A stretch of DNA of 64,000 nt from Tubulanus polymorphus (Eukaryota; Animalia; Nemertea): positions 16,182,110 to 16,246,109 of the forward strand of contig NC_134030.1 of NCBI RefSeq assembly GCF_964204645.1. Reading direction: 5' to 3'. Shown here piece after piece: positions 19,393-31,751 of the stretch (position 1 is its first letter; the number at the start of each line of letters is the position of its first letter). Under the pieces are notes generated by a model. The model did not search any database. It saw nothing but the letters and a program-made list of their open reading frames with translations, and was not told the origin of the DNA. The position numbers and the translations under genes are program-made.

Positions 19393-22300
19393 TGGCCATA
19401 AGGTAATGTTTTTATACCATCATCTAAAATATGCCTTTTATCATCAAATGGATTTAAACTATTTTTTTCAACTTCATTAATGTACATCTCATGATCTTCT
19501 GATCTTAAACAATTCATTTTGTGTTTCATTACAATTGATTTATATAAACACTTTATATAATCTTGAAATTCTATATGTTTATCAACCACATGTTTTGTTA
19601 TTCCTTTTAACTTTTTAGCTTCATGATCTTTTGTTCTGTAACTATACATTTTACTTCTTATCCCAACAAATTCAATCATTTCATCACCTCCTAATTCATC
19701 TTTAAATTTACCAGGAATCTTTTTATTATCATTGCTAAATAGTTCATGATCTTTGGGATAATTGCTAAAATCAAAATGATGTTTTAATGTTTTTAAGTCT
19801 TTTGTTATATCATTTGTCTTGATTTTTAGTATGTACGCATCAGTATTGACCGCTATTAATGGAAATCCACAGTTAAATGTACCATCTTCAGTTGATAAAT
19901 CATAAACATAATCTGTTGGGTTATATATTTCAAATAAATCTTTAACTTCTTCAGTTAACTCATTTTCTACATGGCTTGAATTAAAGCAATTTGGTTTAGA
20001 TTTAATCAATCCAATATTCATATTAAAACCTAATGAATTGCATAATATATTTAATCCTGATATAGCAACTTTTCCCTTTTGAGCTAAAGATATTGTTTTG
20101 CGGTTTTTGAAACTTTTTGAACCATCTGCAGCATAGAACCCAATGAAGAACCATTTTCTTAAATTATTTTTTGCATTTAATACATAATCTGGAACTATCT
20201 TTTCTTTTGTTGAAGTATTACTTTTCACTATTGCATGAATATAGAATTCATCATTATATTTTGTAGCAAAATCTTTAGGATTATTCACATGTATTCTATA
20301 ACATTGCGATGATTTCATAACATCTATGATTTTGAATGTTTTATTTGGATAAACTTCTTCACAGAATTTCTTAATTCTTTCTAATAATTTTAAGTCTTGA
20401 TTGCATAAATACCAACAATATTTATTACCCCAAACATATTTATACACACCTGCTGAACCATCACCCATGAAAAATCCTTTGATAAAATATTCTTTTTCTT
20501 CTAATGTTTCGGGTTCTATATTATAAATATTATTAATTATTTCATCAAATGACATATGATTCATTCTTGGGAAAAATCTTTTATGTAATAATTCATCTCC
20601 AATTTTTATATCAGTTGGTTTTATTTCATCACCATTTCGTTTAATTAAACTATGATCTTCTGTAACATCTACAAATCCTAATTTAGTTCTAACTCTATAG
20701 ATTTTCTTATTTGTTTTATGCCTAATAATATTCTTTAATTTTTTCCATCCATTTCTCGTCCAAACATCCATTAAACCATTTATTTGTATTAGTTCTTTTT
20801 CACCATACGAAATATAAGATTTATTTTGATTAGGAATTATTTCTGAAATTCTTCTAATTAATTCTAATAATATTGGGGTGTCAGATGTAACAGAATCGAA
20901 GTATAATATTTCAATATGCTTTTCCCCAAAAAGTGGTTGCAAAACATTATAATAAAAATCATACATTAATAATTTTGAAACTTCTAAAACAGTTGAACCT
21001 ATAAATATTGGTTTATTAAATTTCATGGACGTTCTTTTTAATTTTACCGCGGTTAAATAATCTTCAAACCTTTTATTTCCTAAATGTCTGGGACTTGATT
21101 GTAAATGTCTTAATCGTTCAGAATTATTTACTAATTCAATATCATTTCTATTTCTAATATTTTCACATGTTTTACCATAAAAACTATTATTCATTAATTT
21201 GAAGAAATCTTTTTCAAAATCTGTTTTTGATATTGTTCTCTGTTGAGTATTGAAATCTATATATTTTTCTAACCACTTCGATTGATTAAATTCAATATAT
21301 CTATGTACTTTCTTTAATTTCATTCCTTGTTTTAGATAAAATTTTAACATTCTATAATGAACAATATAATTGTATTTATTATTTTGAGTAAGTATTAATT
21401 TTTCTGTAAAAACATGATCTTTCGGTTTTATTTTCTTCTGGTATTCACTTAAATAACTATCATCTACAGTTAAATGTTCTGGGCAATAAGGTAAGTTTCT
21501 TGTTTTAAACTTTATATTTTCAGGATATTCTAAATCAACTACAAAGAAATAACCAATTGGTGCTTCATCTTTTAAACTAATAATTGCGCTTTCCCAATCA
21601 GTTTTATCACCATTTTCAACTTCTGTTAATATAAAATTTTTATATGGTTGAGGTTGCATCATTGCCCAACCATATAAATTATTGATATAATTAAATATAT
21701 AATAATTTATATTCACCATTTGCTTTAAAATACCTATCTCCCATAACACCACTAATTCCACCTCTAATTGATTTTTCAAATAATAAAACCATATCTGGTT
21801 CTTTTACTAAATCTAATTCTACATTTGTATATTTTAAACCACATTGCCAGGTTAAACCAGGACTAGAGTAGCAATAACAAGGATCAACATTAAAATGATT
21901 CAAATTAACTTCTCTAAATTTTTCAAATATGTCAGCCAATATCATAACATCTGATTTTAAATATAAATCAACTAATTCGCCATGATTTTTCATCTTAAAA
22001 TGGTTCCAAATATTTAATGTTCTATTAAACACTTCGTCTTTCACATACTCCTCTTTTAATTTATCATAAAATTGATCTTTTAATAATTCTATTACATTAA
22101 AATCATCATGTGTTTTATAAAATGAATAAGGAATTGCGCCTTTATATCTCAATAATTTAAAATCTTGTTCATTTGGATAATAATATCGAGTTATAATAAA
22201 ATCATTATCAACTAAACTTTTTGATAAATTATCTAATGAACTTGCTAGAAATCTATAAGAATCTAAAAATCTAATGCAACCAAATTGAAATGAAATATAA

Positions 22301-24444
22301 TTTTCAGATGTTTTAGCTAATAGTTTAAAATCATATTTTCTTACATTTGCTTCATTCATAGCATTATATTCTTCTATTTCTTGATTAATTGCACCCAATT
22401 TTCCTGATAATTGTTTTATAAATAGATGGGTATCATATCCTGATAAATTATGAAATAATATTGGTCCAAAATTTACTTTTTTAGCTTGTAAATTGCAATC
22501 TTCATGAGCAGCTCCACGATATTTTGAATTTAAATGATCATGATCTCTAACTCTTTTATCAAATGAATAAAAACGTTTTTCACAATAACAACAATGAGTT
22601 GCATAATTAAAATCAATTTCATCTTCTTTTGTCATAACTATTCTTTTATTTTTGTTTAATAATTTTACAAAATCACTTTCTAATTCAATAATTTTATCAC
22701 AAAAATCATTAACTACATTTTCACCTCTAAAAGAAATATATTGACTTTCATATAATTCGGGATAATTTGATTTTATATAAATTCCATAAGCAGCAGCTCT
22801 TTGATGAACTTTTTTAATTGTATTTATAATTGGTGGGTCTTGAATTATATCTTCATTTAATTCACTTCCTTTATCCATTGATTTTAATAATTGTTTTTTG
22901 TTATATATTTCTTTTCTATCTTGATCAGTTAATTCTTTATTCAACGATTCAAAATCCCCATAAATTACAAATGGAACAATATTTTTAAATTTATGATTAG
23001 TAAATTTCAATTTATAATCTTTTTCTGTTGGCATTATTAATCTACAAAAATCTTTATTATCACATAATTCTTTATGTTTTAGTAACGCATTCTCAGTTCT
23101 AAATTTAGATAAACATTTTCTACATAGATAAATTTTATGGTTGTTAAAATCACTTTCTGTTCTAAAGAATAAATCAATTTGTTTTAACCACATATAATGT
23201 TCATTTTCATCTTTTTTGTAATATAACAAATCTATAGTATTTTCATCATCATAATATTCTGTTAAATATAAAGCTTCCAATGTATAATCTTTAATATTTT
23301 CACCTTTTGTCTTTGGTAATTGCATTAATTCGAATACATTTATTTTTAAATTATTAACTTTTTCTATTTTAGGAATCATTTTTATAGTTACTGGATATTG
23401 ATCAATTTTATATAATGTTTCATATTTCCGATAATCTGTTATTCTACAAACATTTTCCTGTGATGGATGTAAGCAACTAATAATTGCCCACAGAAAACAT
23501 TTGTTGTCTTCATTTTTAACATTTATAATTGCTTTTGATAAAAATGGTAATTTAATATAACTTGATGCTTTCATATCTTTTTCTATTACAAAGTTTGAAT
23601 TATTTTTAAACATTTTATTACTTTTTGATGTTTTATTTCTTTTTGTATTATAAACATTTAAATCTAAATATATAATTTCATTCAATGTTAAACCAGAACC
23701 CTCAAAATATCTTTCTTCAATATGACGTTTAAATTCATTTAATATTTTTTCTAACTTCTCTTTTATTTGTGTTTTTGAAATTATTTTTTCAGAGAGTGTT
23801 TGAATATTATAATTCATTTTTTCTTCTGACTTTATAAAACTTACTTTCCCAGAGATACTAATTTTTGGATATTCAACATCTGTTATCAAATCTAGTATTT
23901 TTTCTATTATTTCATTAAATTTACTATAATCTTCTATTGTTGTACCTTTAAAAAATCTAAATATAATAGCTGCAGGACCAATTTTACTATGTAATGTTTC
24001 TAAGATTTCAATTGTATCTTTTATTTCTAATGAATCAATATAATTTCTAACATTTTCCATGTAAGGTTTATTTGAAATGGATTTTGTTTTTGAAGTTGAT
24101 TCTTTTACTTGTTGAGGTTTATTATCAAAATAATCTTTTCCTAAAACATTATTACTCAAATTTTGATGGTGTTTTTGTGATTCGAGATGTCTATTATAAT
24201 TCCTTTTTACTATAAATTCATTACAAACTTCACATTTTATTTCATCCACATTCATATTTTCTAATCGTTCTTTTCTTTCATTAGAATTTTCTGGAGTTTC
24301 AAAATCTATTACATTTTTTATATGATTTGCAGTTTTTTCATGTCGTGTTTTATTAGATGTATCGATGTATTTTTTACAATATTGACAATAATATTGATTT
24401 TTATTGACATTATTGTTTTCTAGTTGGTGTTCATTCTCCCCCAT
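19389..24444 (-). pseudogene. polB: Protein-primed family B DNA polymerase with intein; motif A disrupted by a frameshift at ~21690
   Basis: N-terminal Zn fingers, OTU-like KCFLWAI..HY, ExoI YGDFES, endonuclease-VII-like RDHDH..CN, HNLSGYD, KLMNNSFYGK, YFD/TD; IDANNLY replaced by filler sequence. Confidence 0.93.
19845..20894 (-). mobile_element. Full-length intein (350 aa) with LAGLIDADG homing endonuclease in pPolB motif C
   Basis: In-frame 1050-nt insertion between YFD and TD, absent from element B; Ser1 SVTSDTPILL, block B VTEDH, FIKGFFMGDGS and FFIGFYAADGS, block F VYDLST, terminal Asn followed by Thr+1. Confidence 0.95.
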
Positions 24445-24560
24445 TTATTAGGAAAAAAAATTACTTGTGGTGATGAGTAGGAAAAAAAAAATTACTTGTG
24501 GTGATGAGTGGTGTCTCGTCCTCTCGTCCTCTGATCTGAAAACGCCATCTTCTAATTACT
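24440..24560 (-). repeat. Right TIR of element A
   Basis: Inverted copy of 8067-8185; includes the pPolB start codon. Confidence 0.93.
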
Positions 24561-24880
24561 TATTTATATTCATTTTATCGTCGAATTGATATATTATCCA
24601 TGATATGAAAAATTCATCTGAACAACCCAATAAATTAGATAGTGTTTCTGAATGCGTTCCTTTGTTAAATAATTGTGTTAATCTAGACCTTAAACATTGT
24701 TTCACTTTAAAATTAAAATCTGTTTGATATCTTCCTCTCATATATTCTGTCATATAATCATTGTAAGCTTCTCTATTATCATCTCGATATTGTTTGGTAT
24801 ACAGTTTTATACAAGTTTTACAGCAATATTGAAAACCATCTTTGCTATTCTTACGCTTATTAAATTCTGTTATAGCTAAT
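24561..24880 (-). pseudogene. HNH endonuclease, N-terminal/middle fragment (element 0)
   Basis: KDGFQYCCKTC..QCLRSRLTQLFNK..FDDKMNI; resumes across the element A TSD. Confidence 0.85.
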
Positions 24881-25604
24881 TTATCTAATTAACATTTTAT
24901 AAAAACGGCCGACCGACCCACTGCCGATGTATGAGCTACGTATGTTTGAAGTGTGCATGGTGTGAAAACATGCCTTGACATGTGGCCTAGTTAAAGTTTC
25001 CAGGAAACTGGCAGTGTTCCAATAAGCTGCCATTCATTCTAATAGTGACTATATTAAAGCTGGTAACATAAAAGCGCGCATATATTCAAGTACTGTTCCA
25101 TTTTAACAGAGATTACGCTCTGGACGAGGTTATAATTTTAGAATAATTCTTGAAATCTACGCAACGCTATTAGACAAATTATCTGTGCACAACGTAGATT
25201 TGTGATATTGTTTCGATGTAACAAAGGTGATAAATTTGTTTTTTTTGCCCAAAGATTTTGCAAAAAAATTTCTACCTACCTACCTGAAAAGTTGAGTCGG
25301 TGTTACGGCAAATAGACAATTATTTTAGGATAGCCTAAAATATAAGGCTACTTTATTTTCATCCTTGAGTTCATTTATTTTTCAACAAGAAATACATACC
25401 GATATAGGTTTGGCCATATATAGATCAATTTTTTTGAAACCCGGGGATATTAAAGGCCTAACTATTGAAACCCCATTATGATGCCTGCTTAGAATGCCAC
25501 ACCCCTGTAATATTAATAACCCTGTTATGCACCGTTAATAATTTAAAAGTTAATAATTTTTACATTCCATTTTGACCAGGTGTGCCCTTCACTACTAGGC
25601 CTAC

Positions 25605-26232
25605 CATACACCGACTTTAACCCTTCACCACTAACCATGCACTGATATTAACCCTTCACCACTTACCATGCACTGATATTAACCCTTCACCACTTACCAT
25701 ACACCGATATTAACCCTTCACCACATACCATGCACCGATATTAACCCTTCCCCACTTACCATACGTCGATCTTAACCCTTCCCCACTTACCATGCACCGA
25801 TATTAACCCTTCACCACTTACCATGCACCGATATTAACCCTTCCCCACTTACCATACACCGATATTAACCCTTCACCGCTTACCATGCACTGATATTAAC
25901 CCTTCACCACTTACCATACACCGATATTAACTCTTCACCGCTTACCATGCACTGATATTAACCCTTCACCACTTACCATACGCCGATATTAACCCTTCCC
26001 CACTTACCATTCACCGATATTAACCTTTCACCACTTACAATTCACCGATATTAACCCCTTCGCCACTTATTATACACTGAGTTTAACCCTTCACCACTTA
26101 CCATACACTGATATTAACCCTTCACCACTTACCGTACACTGATATTAACCCTTCACCTCTGACCATACACTGATATTAACTCTTCCACACTTACCATACA
26201 CTGATATAACCCTTCATCACTTACCATACACG
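25605..26232 (+). repeat. Minisatellite, 31-bp unit, about 20 copies
   Basis: Unit TAACCCTTCACCACTTACCATRCACYGATAT. Confidence 0.92.
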
Positions 26233-27140
26233 AATTCCAGTGTTGCAACTGAAGTGGTAAACACATTTGGTCCTACCTTAATGCAGTTACTTGCATACCA
26301 TAAACCCAATAAAGTATGTGCTACTAATTGAAATTAATGGCTCCATTCAAGTTCTACGTAACTTAGTATATTGAGTTTAAACCTTTAAAGCAATAGCAAG
26401 GTATACCACCAATGATAACCAGAAAAGGTGTTACTATTTACATGAGTTAACTTTTTTTGCCATTATTTTTTTCAGATGATGAATATACAGAAACTACAGA
26501 CGAAAAAGAATCCTACGACTGTAGCACATTTACCTCTGAGGGTTGCAATAAAGAAGTTAATAAGAAAAATATACTACTGCTGTTGCTGCTGCTTGGTCCC
26601 CAGTTTCATGCGTTGTAACTGACAGCTTTGCAAAGGCCAAAATGATAGTATGAAACCAGAATCATAATTCGTGCAAACATTAGAAATTGAGTGTTTATTC
26701 ATACATCATAGCAGACACTGGTCCGAATAAGTTCCCTCAATCAATTTTTGGTTACTTGGTCCAGTGGAGGGTCAACCACTCTTCTTTTTATGAGAAACAT
26801 GTCATCATCCCATGACAATTTGTCAAGCACATGACTATTTACTTTCAAAGCTGAATCTCACTGTGCCCACGGGCACCTTGTTAAACTACCCCGGCACATG
26901 TATATCATAATCATGTATGAAAATAAGTGTAATACATCTCAGTTCCAGAGATTTAACATTTTGCATATGGTATTAGTAGTTGAAAAAAAACAAACTTAAC
27001 AAAAAATAGATTAAAGTTTTGCACCCAGCAATGTTTTGATAAAATTTAACTTTATAATTACTATCAAAGCATTGTAACCAGGATGATAAAATTTAACTTT
27101 TATTTCTACTATCAAGGTATTGCAAAAGTATTGCAACCAG

Positions 27141-27206
27141 GGTCCAGTTTCACGAAAAAGTTTAACTTAACTGATTTAAGCTTAAACCTTTTCGTGAAAC
27201 TGGACC
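27141..27206. mobile_element. Tiny PIF/Harbinger-type MITE
   Basis: TIR GGTCCAGTTTCACGAAAA/TTTTCGTGAAACTGGACC; CAG TSD; empty-site-like paralogous sequence at ~27071-27091. Confidence 0.7.
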
Positions 27207-27319
27207 CAGGATGATAAAAACATATGAAGAACTAATTATTTTTTAGATAAAATAGAGATCAGTGATTTAAAAACATCCGTCTTTTCTCTGTGCATGGTTT
27301 CCTGCAGTTCTCTATCTTT

Positions 27320-27935
27320 TCACCTTCTTTCCTCCTCCTTTTCTTCACAGCTGCCAAGGTAATCAATTACTTTTTCAGCGGAAGTCAATCTCATTTTCTT
27401 CTTGACTTGTTTGGCTGGATCATAAGTTTCATCACTGTCATCACTTTCTTGTAGTTTTCGGTTGTCATCCACAGACAGAATGTTTGATTGATCGGAGTCA
27501 TCTAAATCGTGGTTTTGCCTACTACTAAAAGTTATTGGGTTAATGTTCGCAGCAGTTTCCCTGAGGACCTCATCGAGTTCAGTTTCATATTTATAATCTT
27601 TCACCGCACCATTACCGGATTTCTTTTTTGAATCTTTCACAGCTTTGTTAGCACTGGTGATAGTCTTCCACCTTCTCTAATTTGTTCAGAAGTAAAGCTA
27701 GTATCATTCGTCTCGTTTAATTCGCACGCTATTTCCTGCCATAATATAACTTTTCTCATGACACCATTATTGACTCTTTCGATTTTCTTGCCATACAGGT
27801 CAATGAGATTCAATGTTGATGCGTTACACCAAGTATCACTCCTATTGGTACATGGAAGTTTTTTACTTTCGGTCTCCGCCTCAACTGGAGTCGAACAAGT
27901 ACTTAGACCAGCAGCTGCATTCATATTAGAAAAAC
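27320..27935 (-). pseudogene. Myb/SANT-like (trihelix) DNA-binding protein, probably Harbinger-derived, frameshifted
   Basis: W...STLNLIDLY..KVILWQEIACEL..FTSEQ..(R)WKT..SGNG..YETELDEVL pattern across two frames. Confidence 0.65.
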
Positions 27936-28419
27936 TAAATGCTGTGTCTTGTGTTTCACCTAGAGAGAGTAAATACACAAAATATCAACATTTTATCATT
28001 CCCGATCTTAATCCCATCTTACGTCAAACTTATCAACTGAATATAACTCACCAAAACAACCTTTTGATTGAAATTCATCGTAATTCTTAATAAGGGATGT
28101 TAACAATGCGGTATCTAAAAAACAGAAGTAAAATATGCGTAAGTAATTTGGTTTGTATCTTCATAATTCATGATTACTAATGAATTGTTGGTCTATTTTA
28201 AATAATTAATTATTTTCCATTAACCTACAGATATATTAGATACTTTCCTTTACCAAGAACAAGTACATATACATCCTTCCCATGTCAAAGATGGCAGAAT
28301 GATGATGACAATATTATCACAAGTTACTTAGATATCCACAATCCATGACAAATGACAAATACCTTTTGTAAATATTATAGCATGATATGTAGCCTCTGGC
28401 ACTACAAATTTTATAAAGA

Positions 28420-28665
28420 ATAATAAGAACAAAACATTATGATGATGAAAATATTATAGATCTACTATATTATAAAAAAATGAAAATAAACGTGGTTAAT
28501 AGATATGAGAAGAATATAATAAATTCCAATTCCAATTAAAAATGAAACAGGTTAAGAAGTAACAACTGCATTTAAAAAAATATTTAAAGAAGTTATTCCA
28601 GATAAAATACGATTTGATAAGATTAAATTTGATAATTTTAAAGGTAAAGAATTTTATAATAACTT
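28420..28665 (+). pseudogene. Relic Polinton fragments (pPolB YDDENIIDLLYYKK joined to integrase IPIKN..IPDKI..GKEFYN)
   Basis: Translated similarity to elements A and 0. Confidence 0.6.
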
Positions 28666-29178
28666 TGGGATTTGAAATGACATCGTTCCCGCGAATGCCT
28701 TGAGTCACAGCAAAACAAAATGACGTCACAGACATATTTTCCCGCGCCGATCAAACTTGTCGTTATGGAGTTGAAATGGTCATATCTTCGTTAGTATTCA
28801 TCCGATTCTTTTAATTCTTGCTTTATTCAAAGAAGATTTTGGGCTATCTGTGTATGTAATTTGTTTTCAGAAAGATCATCATTTGCGCTACACAAATCTA
28901 TCCCGAAAATCGGCGGGATTTTGCTATCAAAGTTTACGAGTTGATTTATGTTTCCAATGCTCCAACCTACACTATTCTAAAAGATCCTGGAAAAATATAT
29001 AGGTTGGAATGATTAATTCAGTACTTTAGCCTCGAAATGGGCTATTTTTGCACTGACAGAACCATAACTGAACAGATAATTGGTTTATGAATTCCCGGTT
29101 TTTTCCACATTAAGATGGAAATCTTGAAGAAATGGAAGAGTTGAAATCTTATTCGTATAAAATCCCGCTATACATGTA

Positions 29179-29438
29179 AGTAATTGGAAAAGTAGGCTTT
29201 CAGATCAGAGGGCGAGAGGGCGAGACACCACTCATCACCACAAGTAATTTTTTTCCCTAATAAATGGGGAAGAATGAACACCAACTAGAAAACAATAATG
29301 TCAATAAAAATCAATATTATTGTCCATATTGTAAAAAATACATCGATAAACCTTACATGGAAAATGTTAGAAATTATATTGATTCACTAGAAATAAAAGA
29401 TACAATTGAAATTTTAGAAATATTACGTAGTAAAATTG
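29179..29438 (+). repeat. Extended left TIR of B, including an internally deleted inverted copy of the pPolB 5' end
   Basis: Matches 44436-~44268 and then ~43980-43890 in reverse complement. Confidence 0.85.
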
Positions 29439-29602
29439 TGACACACATAAACAGTGAGTGCGCGTAACAACAGCTGCGTGTGTGTTAACTGTATCTGGAT
29501 AAATAGAGTGAGGCTTGGGTGAGAACAGTTAATAGCGTGTTTGTTATATACAAGGGGAAGTAATCCCCACTCATCACCACAAGTAATTTGTTTTCCTTAT
29601 AA

Positions 29603-29929
29603 ATGGGAGATAGAAAAGCATTCTTAGCAACAATAAATAACAGAATAAAACCAGCAAAAAAACAATTTGAAATAAAAAAGTTAGTTGATGTTACAAAAGA
29701 AATTGAACATAAAATATTGAAATTAGAAAAGATAAAAACTAAATATGGAGAGAAAGTATCAGCTAATTTAAGCTATTGTAATGTTAGTACATCGCGAGAA
29801 TTTAAAGTGTTTTTACCTGATAAATGGGTTTCATTGAGTATGGAGGAATTGAAAGATTTAGTAGGATTTAAAATAATATATCATGGGAAAAATGAAGACG
29901 GTCATCATGATTTAGAAATTGTTGATTAA
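29603..29929 (+). CDS. ORF108 conserved hypothetical protein
   Basis: Protein identical to 8181-8507. Confidence 0.75.
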   Translation: MGDRKAFLATINNRIKPAKKQFEIKKLVDVTKEIEHKILKLEKIKTKYGEKVSANLSYCNVSTSREFKVFLPDKWVSLSMEELKDLVGFKIIYHGKNEDGHHDLEIVD

Positions 29930-29970
29930 ATAAAAAATAAAAATAATGAATATCTAGAATCCAAAATGAC

Positions 29971-30608
29971 CTTAGTCGTTTTATAAACAACTATAATCAT
30001 ACAGTACATCTGTTACATATTATTATAAGAGAGTGCTTCATTTGAATATTGATCAATCAAACAGGTGTTGCACAACGTTGTTGTTATATAATAAGCACGC
30101 AGTACATACAACACACACAAGCCAGTTAGCTGGTATTGAATTACTACGTTTTCATTAGTTGCTGAAAACGAGGTTTATTTAAATTAGCTCAGCCGTGACG
30201 ACAGGAGGATAGTCATCATTCTCTCGTGATTAAAAGGAATATTTCAATGTTTTTACGGTAAGTTTTAGCAAAACCACCCGACTTGACTCGCAGAGTTTTT
30301 AGGGGATAAGCATCCCGTTATTGAGAGGCGCCACGAGATACCTATCCCCAAGCATTTCTACTTACACCCCTGTGACCCACACCTCACCAATTCTCCTTCA
30401 ATGGTTGACAGGAAACACATTATATTAAAGGCGCCTAATGCATTTCCTATCAACCCCTTACCCCCGAAAGGAGGATCGAAAGTCGAAACTGAAGGAGAAC
30501 CACGGAGGGTGGACAAAGGTGCATTTTCGAAATGCCCCTGCAAGCCAAGCCCGGCGGCACTCCAGTGGTTGAATGAATTGCCTTATATACTTAGCTAAAA
30601 CACCTAAG
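29971..30608. mobile_element. Unclassified non-viral insertion with short imperfect terminal inverted repeats
   Basis: Higher GC; absent from A; CTTAGTCGTTTTA...TAAAACACCTAAG; no TSD found. Confidence 0.4.
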
Positions 30609-30827
30609 TAAATGTTGTTGGTGCTAAAAAAAATATGTGAAATTTGAAATTATAAATTATTCCGAATGAAAAGAATGTAAGAATGAAAACTGATAAATGA
30701 ATTATGTATTTTTAACTTCATTATGATATAATTTTTAATCAAATTAGTAATCAATTACTATGTTAATTGATTAACAAATTCAAATTCAAATATTCAAATA
30801 AAAACAAAATAAATTAATAAAAATAAT

Positions 30828-30904
30828 GAATATCTAGAATCCGAAATGACTTATCTGGACAATTTAATTGCTCCACAGTGATAGACAAAAGTAGTGAGAT
30901 ATTC
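30828..30904 (+). ncRNA. Candidate conserved structured element (B, upstream of HNH)
   Basis: Near-identical to 8526-8602. Confidence 0.4.
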
Positions 30905-31010
30905 AATTATTTTTTGTTTTTTTTCTAAAATATTAATCCATTTGTTGGTCGAAGAAATGGAAGAGGATTATAAATTATTAACCAATTTAGTAAAAAAATA
31001 CGTATAATAA

Positions 31011-31685
31011 ATGGAACTAGAACAACCACAAACTATCAATATTACAAATAACACTGGTGTTATAAACATATACTACAAGAAGTGTTCTAAATGTGAATTA
31101 GATAAATCATTTACAGAATTTAGTAAGCGTAAGACTAGCAAAGATGGTTTTCAATATTGTTGTAAAACTTGTACTAAACTATATACCAAACAATATCGAG
31201 AAGATAATATAGAACATTATAATTATTATATGGCAGAATATATGAGAGAAAGATATCAAACAGATCTTAATTTTAGATTGAAACAATGCTTAAGGTCTAG
31301 ATTAACACAATTATTCAACAAAGAAACACATTCAGAAACACTATCTAATCTATTGGGTTGTTCAGATGAATTTCTCAAATCATGGATTATATTTCAATTC
31401 GATGATAAAATGAATATAGATAATTATGGGGATTATTACCACATTGATCATGTGTTACCAATATCTAAATTTAACATGAATGATGAATACAATAAAAAAC
31501 TTATTTGGAATTGGAAAAATTTAAGACCTTTAGAAAAGAAAGAAAATCAAATCAAATCTAATAAACTAGATTTACAGTTATATTCAGAACAGTTAACAAA
31601 GGCAAAGAAATTTATTGATCAATGGAACAATAATCCAAATAATGAACGATACGTTGAGGAATTTGTTATCAAGGATCCGAAATGA
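31011..31685 (+). CDS. HNH endonuclease with N-terminal C4 Zn ribbon
   Basis: CSKC..CKTC; HIDHVLPISKF..WKNLRPL..EN..KSN; intact; absent from element A. Confidence 0.85.
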   Translation: MELEQPQTINITNNTGVINIYYKKCSKCELDKSFTEFSKRKTSKDGFQYCCKTCTKLYTKQYREDNIEHYNYYMAEYMRERYQTDLNFRLKQCLRSRLTQLFNKETHSETLSNLLGCSDEFLKSWIIFQFDDKMNIDNYGDYYHIDHVLPISKFNMNDEYNKKLIWNWKNLRPLEKKENQIKSNKLDLQLYSEQLTKAKKFIDQWNNNPNNERYVEEFVIKDPK

Positions 31686-31751
31686 CTTATCTGGACAATT
31701 TAATTGCTCCGCATAGATGGTGCCATAAACGGCACCCACATGGTGATATTC
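31665..31751 (+). ncRNA. Candidate structured element overlapping the HNH stop codon (variant 3' half with GGTGCC/GGCACC hairpin)
   Basis: Same core; the HNH TGA lies inside CCGAAATGAC. Confidence 0.4.

Larger units (their letters stand above)
8067..24560. mobile_element. Full-length Polinton/Maverick (adintovirus-like) element A, 16.5 kb
   Basis: ~120-bp TIRs starting AGTAATT and ending AATTACT; 6-bp TSD TATTTA (8061-8066, 24561-24566); pPolB, INT, ATPase, MCP and penton genes. Confidence 0.96.

Noticed and set aside
21680-21780. Programmed frameshift or split polymerase in element A
   Set aside because: Comparison with B shows replacement of the catalytic Asp codon by filler; it is an inactivating lesion.
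25605-26232. CRISPR array or telomeric repeat
   Set aside because: Head-to-tail 31-bp units with no unique spacers; TAACCC occurs once per unit; ordinary minisatellite.
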